Origin: Monocercomonoides exilis PA203
Lineage: Eukaryota > Protista > Preaxostyla
Direction: 5' to 3'
Length of the DNA: 64,000 bases
NCBI GenBank assembly: GCA_001643675.2
Contig: LSRY02000028.1
Location: 372,001 to 436,000, forward strand
The position numbers and the translations under genes were made by a program. Below the pieces are notes generated by a model, which worked only from the letters and a program-made list of their open reading frames with translations, was not told where the DNA came from and did no database searches. Below, in pieces: positions 49,801 through 57,788 of this stretch; the first letter of the stretch is position 1; each line of letters opens with the position of its first letter.

Positions 49801-50302
49801 TAAAAACCGACACCAAATTGACCGATCAAATCACTCTCAACAGTACCATTTGCAACCATTTCGAAAAATTTAAGTGTTCCAGAATGAGCGATTGTACCAA
49901 GATTTTCCATCAGTTCTTCGCGCGACATTCCAATTCCTGTATCTGTAACAGTTATAGTTTCCTCATCTTCATCGGGGTTAATATGAATTTCAAGTTTCTG
50001 CATGTCGCCTTCCCCAAGAATTGCAGGATTTGTTTGGGCCTCCATTTTAACTTTGTTAAGTGCATCTGCGCAATTTGAAATCAATTCCCGCAAAAATATT
50101 TCCTTATTAGAATACAAAGAATTTACGATCAGTTTCATTAATCTTGAAACATCTGCAGCAAATTCTACACGCGTAGCATTTCCAGTTTTTGTTGTTTTCC
50201 TACAAAAAATTAGTCTTAAATACCAAAAGCACAAATAACATCAAACCTGTCTGCTTCTGCTATCAACAACTGTGAAAGCGCCAATATCAACAGAGCAAGC
50301 AT
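46830..50302 (-). CDS. HSP90B1: ER Hsp90 (GRP94/endoplasmin-like), enlarged (~1,140 aa), ends KEDL
   Basis: Signal-peptide exon MLALLILALSQLLIAEADR spliced to EFAADVSRLMKLIVNSLYSNKEIFLRELISN. Also DTGIGM, NLGTIAHSGT, LIGQFGVGFYSSFLVA, IPLNISREMLQ and FEINP. C-terminal EEKK repeats and KEDL followed by TAA. Confidence 0.9.
46870..47000 (-). repeat. 12-bp coding tandem repeat encoding (EEKK)n in the GRP94 tail
   Basis: About ten EEKK-type units in the translation. Confidence 0.9.
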
Positions 50303-50505
50303 CTGTCTACGATCGAATAAAAAGATTCAATATATGGGAGAAGATCAAAGTTAAATATCTTTTTAAAACAAATTAAAAAATCATAAAAAATTGCATAATA
50401 TATGAATTGATTCGTATCTTTCCATTTTGACAAATCGTCACAGATCTAATAAATAATATTTTTATAAACAGTTTTCGTTTTTTTATAACAACAACATAAA
50501 AGCAT

Positions 50506-52820
50506 ATGTCAAAGCTTGAACTAGAATTTGAAGGAAAAATTGATCTCAACGATCCCGTTCAAATTAAAAAATTAGAGCATGTTTGTGATATATTTTTTAC
50601 CAAAATTAACATTTTGTCAATTTTTTATATCACTTTATTTCGCTGAAAAATTGCAATTTCTAAAAGCCTCAATTACCACAGCATGCACCATTTGATGTTA
50701 GAGGCATTGGAGATGGTACGATGGACGATGATTGTGAATTAAAAGAAGATTTTTCTAAAATCAAAGATAAAAATCCTTCTCATATTACAAAATTACAATC
50801 TGATGAAAATAAATCTGTTTCCCAAAAATCTCTGTCATTTATTTCCGAACAACATCAACAAGAAACAAAAAGCCAGCCTCTTGTTCAGTCAAACGAACAA
50901 AATCTCGCATCTCCTCCAAGAGTTTTAGAATTCAGAACTCAACGTCGACAAAATCAAAAGCAAGTTGTTCACGCTCCTCAGTTTCAATATTCAGAGTATC
51001 AAGAACCTCGGTCTTTTTATGAAAGCGTTCAAGATGTGAAAGGTTTGAATAGAATGATTGTTGATCTTCGTAGAGAACTCACACAAACCCGTGAGAAGCT
51101 TGAAGTTTCACTAGAAAAACAAAATCATGTTACAGACCTGGAAAATGCTCTTCGAGAAAAAAGCAAAAAGTTGATTGATATGGAAAGTGAGCTAAAAACA
51201 GAGAAAAAAGAGAACAAAGACTTGGCAAAGGCACTATCAGATCTTCAAAAAGATCAGTTGTCACTTCCTTTGAAAAATGCATCATTGGCAAATGAAATAA
51301 AGCAAACACGAGTGATGTTGGAGCGAACGCAGGTGTCTCAACGAAAGGCCGAGCAATCAGCTAGAATTGCTGATAGAAATTTAGTGTATCAGCAGAAAGT
51401 TAACGAATTCCTGAAGCAAAAAATCGAAACGCTTTGCCATGTTATTGTTGATCGAGTTGGAAAAGAAGGAGAAACGCTTGTGGCTGACGTTATGGGTGAT
51501 GGCTTCATGGTTCCGTTGCCAGACGAGGAAGGTGCCAAAGAGGGTCAGGCAGGAAGTGGGAAAAAGGGAAGGCAAACGTTTCCTGAAACCAAAAGGCAAT
51601 CAGAACAGGCGAAGGAAGAATACGTGAAAAAAGGGCCATATGTCACCCAACTGGAAGCGAAAGAGAAAGAAATAATGTCGCTGAAGGAGCAGCTTGTACG
51701 CGTTGTGCGTGGGAAAGACGAGAAAATCAATAAATTGAACAGATCAAACGAAGATTTGCGGGTTCGACTGAAAGCGTTGGAGGACGAATTGGAGAGACGG
51801 AAAAGAGAGCTGGCAGAAAAGGACAAGGAGAAAGCGTTGCGCACCATGCAGATGAAAGCTCTTGAACAGCTTGCTCAAGAAAAGCATGAGAGGATCCTCA
51901 GAGAACAGGAGGCGAGACAAGCTGCAAAGGAATCAGAGAACGAAGATGGTGGCGGTGAAACTGAAATGTGCCAGGAGTCAAGCATAAGCAGTGAGAGCAA
52001 CAAATGTGTTGATAACGCTTCTTCTGGCGAAGGTGAGCAGACCAGTTTGAATCCACCCTCGAAAGGAAAGATTGTGAGATATGAAGCAAGTGGAAGAGGC
52101 CAACAGTTTATTCCGAGAGGAGGCAGAGCCAAAGGTGGTTTGCCTATGCGGCAAGTCTCAACAAAAATGCCACGCGTTTCTGGCACAGTTCGTCAGCCAT
52201 TGCCTGGGCGTCGAAATGCCAGCTTTGAATACGGAGAAGTTGACAGAAGCAAACAGAAGTACACTCTTTCTGCTCCGGCTGTGCCACCACACGCGAAAAA
52301 AGCGGGTTCTTTTTCTGAAAGCAGAAGAGGCAAGATGTCTGGTCCTTTTAAAACAAATGAAAAGCCCCAGAATTCAAAGTATGTGGCTAATTCGCGTGGT
52401 GCGCAAAGACACATAATGGAAAAATCGCTGCTAACACAAAGAGAAGGGAGAAACGAACGATCAGGACAGAATGGAAAGCCGAGAATGGAACAAAAACAAC
52501 AAGGATTTAAAACAATCAAGCAAAAGAAAGAAGAAATAGGCGAAAGCTATGAAGAAGAAGAAGAAGAGGAGGAGGAGGAGGAAGAAGAAGAGAGAACGAC
52601 TAATAAATGCGATGATAAAGATGCCGAAAATGAAAGCGAAGATTCTCTTTCTGATGCTGTCATAACATCACTCGGGAAAGAATCGACTGAAGTGCAGCTG
52701 TCATTTATAGCTGTTGAGCAGAGCTCTGTCGCAGAGTCAGAACTATTTTTGGATTCTGATAGAGTGAACAAAAAGGATTCAAGTGAAAGCAAAAGCAATG
52801 CCAAAGGTAGTGAAAAATGA
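50506..52820 (+). CDS. Coiled-coil protein with lebercilin-like segment, 2 exons
   Basis: ATG 50506 exon (MSKLELEFEGKIDLNDPVQIKKLEH, donor GTTTGT) is spliced into ORF 50721..52820. Segment ELKTEKKENKDLAKALSDLQKDQLSLPLKNASLANEIKQTRVMLERTQ resembles the lebercilin domain pattern (KAL...LP...NE...R..L...Q). The product call is tentative. Confidence 0.55.
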
Positions 52821-53439
52821 AAAGAGAACGATATGAGCAAGTGAATGATTATCCTTTAGAACAGTCATCGGTAGAAGCACTCAAAAACACGTTTACATGT
52901 GTTCCAATGTTGCACATCCTCAATTTATTCTGGCACCGTTCAAAGAATGTGCTTATCAAAAAAAGAATACAAAATTTGAGGAAAAATGGAGAATATGCAT
53001 GACAATGTTGTATCGTCTGTTTTGTCAGTGGGAGAAATTTTGTTTGGAAAGTGAAATTTCATTTTCTATGCCCCTATAAATAATTGCTCGAATAATGATT
53101 TCTAAGTTAGTTGAAGATAAATTAGCTTTGTGTGAAGTTCGGAGATATTGCAATTAGGCACAGCTGTTTATATTAAAATAGAGCTTATATAGAAGATAAT
53201 ACAATTTTTCCTTTTTCACAAAAAATAGTGAAATACTACACAAATAGTTAATAAGGGCATGAACAATAAATTTTAATAAAATTAATTTATTTCATGTTGG
53301 CGTGTTATTTTAATCAGATGTTTTTTTTTTTGCTGTTTCATGTTACATTTATTTTATCAATTGAAGAATTTTTTAAATATTCTTTGGTAGTATTAAAGAA
53401 AAAAATTTTTAAAGTTATAAAAAAATTTTTTTTTAACTA

Positions 53440-54137
53440 GTGGGGGACTAAACCCGGGCCGGGGAGGAAACCCGGGCCACCAGTTTTTTAAAAAATATTT
53501 TCCAATTTTTTAAGCGAAAAAACATTTTTCAAAAATGAAAAAAATATACATAATATCACATGTGAATATGCAGCAATTCATGTGATTGGCACGTCCAAAT
53601 GTTTAATGCCTCTGTATATAAAAAATAATTTGTGATCACATAAAATTTTTTGATTTTTTCTTTTGAAAACAGAAAAAAAAGAATTTTCACTTTTCGTTAA
53701 CTTTTATGTTTATTTCACACAAATGGAATTTATCTGCTCACGTTTATTTGTTTCTTCAAGGTCTCAACGAGAAATAAAAAATTTTCTGTAAAAAAATTTC
53801 GACTTTTCGTTGAGACCTTGAAGAAACAAATAAACGTGAGCAGATAAATTCCATTTGTGTGAAATAAACATAAAAGTTAACGAAAAGTGAAAATTCTTTT
53901 TTTTCTGTTTTCAAAAGAAAAAATCAAAAAATTTTATGTGATCACAAATTATTTTTTATATACAGAGGCATTAAACATTTGGACGTGCCAATCACATGAA
54001 TTGCTGCATATTCACATGTGATATTATGTATATTTTTTTCATTTTTGAAAAATGTTTTTTCGCTTAAAAAATTGGAAAATATTTTTTAAAAAACTGGTGG
54101 CCCGGGTTTCCTCCCCGGCCCGGGTTTAGTCCCCCAC
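53440..54137. mobile_element. Palindromic foldback element (A): ~330-bp perfect arms with a 36-bp spacer
   Basis: 53437-53770 is the reverse complement of 53807-54140. GC-rich ends GTGGGGGACTAAACCCGGGCCGGGGAGGAAACCCGGGCC. Flanked by a duplicated TA (or CTAG; the two cannot be distinguished). Confidence 0.9.
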
Positions 54138-54138
54138 T

Positions 54139-55105
54139 AGAACTTGATTGATTTGACTGCGTCAAGTGGCATTAGATCGGTCAACATCCAATAAGATCGA
54201 TCTAATGCCATTGAGACCCAGTCAAATTGGATGTGACTCAGTCACATCCGATGCTTTCAATTCTGGGTGTCATGATCAAAATATTTTAGAAAAAATTTGT
54301 AATAATAATTAATAATTAACATCTCATTTTTTATCATTTTAATTGAATATAATGATTTTTCATTTAAAATAGTTTTCTATTTTGTCAGTTTTTTTAAATT
54401 ATTGATATTTCACGGAAAAACCTGGAAATTCTAATTGTTTATGTTTGACAATGATTATTTGAATTATAATAATGATATAAGAAAATTTCATTTCATTTTT
54501 CAATATTAAGAACAAGTTTCATTTGTTTTTTTCATTTCATTAATATTTTCAGAAAAAAGAAAAAATACAAAAAAAGAAGCTTTAGAATCATATCTTCTTT
54601 TTATTTTTTATTCGAAATGAAAAAATATCAAATAATGATTATTTAATAAACACATAACAGTAAAGAAAACACAAAAAAGTTTAATTGTTTATAAATATTG
54701 AAAATTAACAAAAAAAATGAATATGAAATAGTTAATTGATCAAAGCATAAACAAAGTTGGCTCGATTTCAACAGTAAAAATTAACAACTGAGTCACAATT
54801 GCGAAATTTTAAAGTTTCAAAAAACCAGAATCAAAATAAGAAAACAACAAAAACATAGTTATTTACAAAATATTCAAATAAAAAATAAAAACATATAAAA
54901 AGTTCAACGTTCATGAGCTTTAAATAACAAAAATATAAACAAAACAAAAAAATGTTTGATCACAACTTGTGATCATGAAAATCACAATCTCGCCCTTGGT
55001 GAGATCGAGGGAAATTCGATAAAAAATAGATAAATTCGACAAACCAGACTAAAATCGATTTGACTGAGTCACATTTTCGCGACTCAGTCAAATCAATCAA
55101 GTTCT
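54139..55105. mobile_element. Non-autonomous PHIS/Harbinger-type element (B), 967 bp
   Basis: 25-bp TIR AGAACTTGATTGATTTGACTG(C/A)GTC with 1 mismatch; subterminal TGACTGAGTCAC/GTGACTCAGTCA repeats; followed by ACT at 55106-55108. Shares the terminal AGAACTT with the adjacent autonomous element. Confidence 0.88.
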
Positions 55106-55108
55106 ACT

Positions 55109-57446
55109 AGAACTTATTCGAATTTATTTTGTTATATCGCATTAACTTTTTCTTTTTGGTATGAGTTTGATATCATTCCAAAAAGATCGACTAAGTTCCA
55201 ATGTGATTTAATCACATCCATTGTTTTTTATCATGGGTCCTTTTTGATCACAAAAATATTTACATATAAAGGGTGTGTTTGTTGTTATCATTTTTTGACT
55301 GTTTCGATCAATGTCTGAATCTTCACTTTTGAGTGTCTTAGAGAGAGTTGAAGAAAGAAATAAAATGCCTGCTTCTCCTGCTATCAAAGAAACAAAAAAA
55401 ACCACTTCAATCATCGAAAGAGCTTTGAATATTTTGGACAACACACCAACTGCCTTTTTTCGCTTTACGGGCTTCGCCCGATTTGAGTTCGATTTGTTAC
55501 TTCAACTTCTTCAAAAAGAAATATCTCCTCATCGAGGAAAAGAAAAGGCAATCAACAATTTTTCTGATCAACTTTTTTTATTACTCACTTTTCTTCATCA
55601 TGGATCCACTACACTAACATTTATGCTTTCTTCTTCTTTTTATGACACTCAAAATGCAACAATTCGACTTCTTCACAGAATTGCTGCAGACATCAGAGTG
55701 CCCTTGACTGATTTATTTCTCACTTTTCGCCCAGATCGTCTAGAAGGAATGAAGGAGGTGGGTCTTGTTTTGGATTGTACGGTAATTCCCACAAATCGTC
55801 CAGGTGGAAGGTTGGAATATGGAAAGAAATTTTATAGTGGAAAGCATCATATTTACTGTGTGAAGGTGGAAGTTGGTGTTAATCCTCGAATTGGTACTGC
55901 TTGTACAATCAGTCACGTCCAAACTGGGTCAACACATGATTTTGTCCTTTTCAAAGATCATTTACCTCAATTTGAGAGTCAATTGGGAGGAGCAAAGATA
56001 CTTGCTGACTCAGCATACATTGGAGCAAGGCCAGAATTGGGTGCAATAATCTCAAAACCTGTCGGAACACCCGAATTGGCATCCAAAAGAGTGATTGTCG
56101 AGCGATTTTTTGGGAGGTTGAAGACTCTTTTTGCCGTTTTCAGGCGTCCATGGCCATTTGAAGTGGAAAGAGTGGCGGAGTATTTCACAATTGCATGCTG
56201 TTTGACGAATTTTCACATCCTGAAAAATCCACTGACTGCAGTCGACTCAGATGCAAATTCTCGATTCATTGGATATCTGATGCAGTCACATGAGAAGAAA
56301 GTGGAAGCAAAGCGAATCGCTAATGAACGCTATCGAGTCAATATGAAGAAAAGATTGAATCCTGAAGCTCCTACGCCATCATCAATCACAACTCTGTTTT
56401 ATTCGGAAGATAGTTAGACTTTTTTATTTTTACCCATATTAATGTTTATAATGTTTATTTTACTTGTTTTTATATTTACATTACCATAACTATGTTTTTC
56501 AGGCAATTCTGAAGCCCAAGAGCAGCGAACTGGGGAAGATCAAAGAGAAAAAGAAAGAAAAGATGAAAAGGAGAAGAAAGAAAAGAAAACTGTCGAAGAA
56601 AAGGAAAGGAGAGACGAAATAATAATCAACGAAAGAGATGAAGATGAAGAAAGAGAAAGAAACAGTGACGAATTATCAAGTTGGTTTTTACCAAATCAGT
56701 GGAGGTCTCTTCGCTTTCAGCAACCCTCATCATCGTCTTCCTTTCCTTCTGCTTCTTCCTCTAGTGCTTCAATAAAAGAAAAGAGAGTCAGCGAAACTCC
56801 TTTGCAGAGCTTGTTAAACCAAAGACAGTGAGTTTTTCTATTGTTTTTTATTTTTCAATTCACCTTTGTTACCTTTTTATCTAAATACAATATGATTTTA
56901 TTATTGATAAGTTTTTTTGTTTAATTTTACATAAAACATATATAAGAATACAAGAAATTTTTATCGAATAACTTCATTTTATTGTTAATACTCAAAACAA
57001 AATATTAAAATATGAAATGAGTGAATTTGTTAAAAAAATATTATTTAAACATTCAGAACTATCATATTTATACTAAACATATAAAAAATATAGTTAAAAA
57101 TGGTTAAAAGTTATTTATACTCATTAAAATTGCATAAAAACATGATATAAATGCACTAAACAAAAAATAAACAAAACTCAAAAAACGGATCATAAAAAGT
57201 TTTAATAATATATGACAAACATACAAACAAAATGTTAAAACCTAACTCAAAATAATGGTGAAGTAATTTAAGAAACAAAAAAAGTTATGATCACAAGTTA
57301 CAAAACAAAAAAAATTTGAAAATCCTCGAGTTGCCTGGAAAAAGATTGAGAAAATACCGAATTGAGCGAGAAACATTCAAAAAGTCACAAATAATTCGAA
57401 TTTCTTCAATCAATTCGGTGCGGCAGGGAAAATTCGAACAAGTTCT
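55109..57446 (+). mobile_element. Putatively autonomous IS5/PIF-Harbinger (PHIS) superfamily DNA transposon (C), 2,338 bp, ACT target duplication
   Basis: 17-bp TIR AGAACTT(A/G)TTCGAATTT; ACT on both sides (55106-55108 and 57447-57449); encloses an intact transposase ORF. Confidence 0.92.
55311..56831 (+). CDS. DDE_Tnp_4-type transposase (368 aa unspliced; ~476 aa with predicted second exon 56503-56831)
   Basis: FFRFTGF (HTH-like), VLDCTVIPTNRP, FYSGKHHIYCVK, GSTHD, ILADSAYIG and RVIVERFFGRLK: the D-D-E triad appears intact. The GTTAGA donor at 56413 and TTTCAG acceptor at 56502 give an in-frame charged/Ser-rich exon. Confidence 0.92.
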
Positions 57447-57454
57447 ACTAACGA

Positions 57455-57535
57455 GTCCTGGTGGTGCAAAAGGAAAGCATACGGCACTTTATGGTTAAAC
57501 TTGCCGTGATCCTGGTTCAATTCCAGGTTGGGACA
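57455..57535 (+). tRNA. tRNA or tRNA-like gene with atypical 15-nt anticodon loop (literal anticodon TTA; identity unresolved)
   Basis: Cloverleaf: acceptor GTCCTGG/TTGGGAC plus A (3 G-U pairs), D stem GTGC/GCAT, anticodon stem CGGCA/TGCCG, variable TGAT, T stem CCTGG/CCAGG with loop TTCAATT. A box TGGTGCAAAAGG and B box GGTTCAATTCC are intact. Confidence 0.8.
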
Positions 57536-57538
57536 TTG

Positions 57539-57561
57539 TTTTTCTGTTTTTTCTTTTTTTT
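57539..57561 (+). terminator. RNA polymerase III oligo-T terminator
   Basis: T5, T6 and longer T runs begin 4 nt after the tRNA discriminator base. Confidence 0.65.
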
Positions 57562-57788
57562 AGAAAATTTCTATAATCAAAAATATATTTCTTTCTTGTA
57601 AAACACAATGCACAATTTTCTTGATTTGCTATTGTTTGATTAAAAATTATAATTTTAAATAAAAAAGCAGAAAAATGTTAACAAAAATTATAGTACAACA
57701 TAAGCACAAACGAATGAACTTTTAAATTTAAAATTTGTAAAAGTTTAAAAATAAATGAAAAAAATTTATTCTTTTAAAGACCTTTCAT

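Noticed and set aside
1-52820. Functional cluster of flagellar genes (CFAP54, IFT140, lebercilin-like)
   Set aside because: They are interspersed with unrelated housekeeping genes, and such density is unsurprising in a flagellate genome.
53436-54141. Element A as a third ACT-duplicating family member (AGT...ACT ends)
   Set aside because: Three ACT-duplicating insertions would leave four ACT copies outside the TIRs, and only three are present. A TA/CTAG duplication explains the junctions exactly.
53437-55105. CRISPR-like array or replication origin
   Set aside because: The repeats are inverted terminal/subterminal repeats with target duplications, not regularly spaced direct repeats with unique spacers, and the context is eukaryotic.
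55311-56417. Domesticated HARBI1-like host gene or bacterial IS5 contaminant
   Set aside because: It is enclosed by TIRs and a TSD, has a probable spliceosomal intron, and is contiguous with eukaryotic genes.
56420-57440. Separate Myb/SANT partner gene of a PIF/Harbinger element
   Set aside because: No such ORF is visible on either strand. The only coding-like stretch splices in frame to the transposase.
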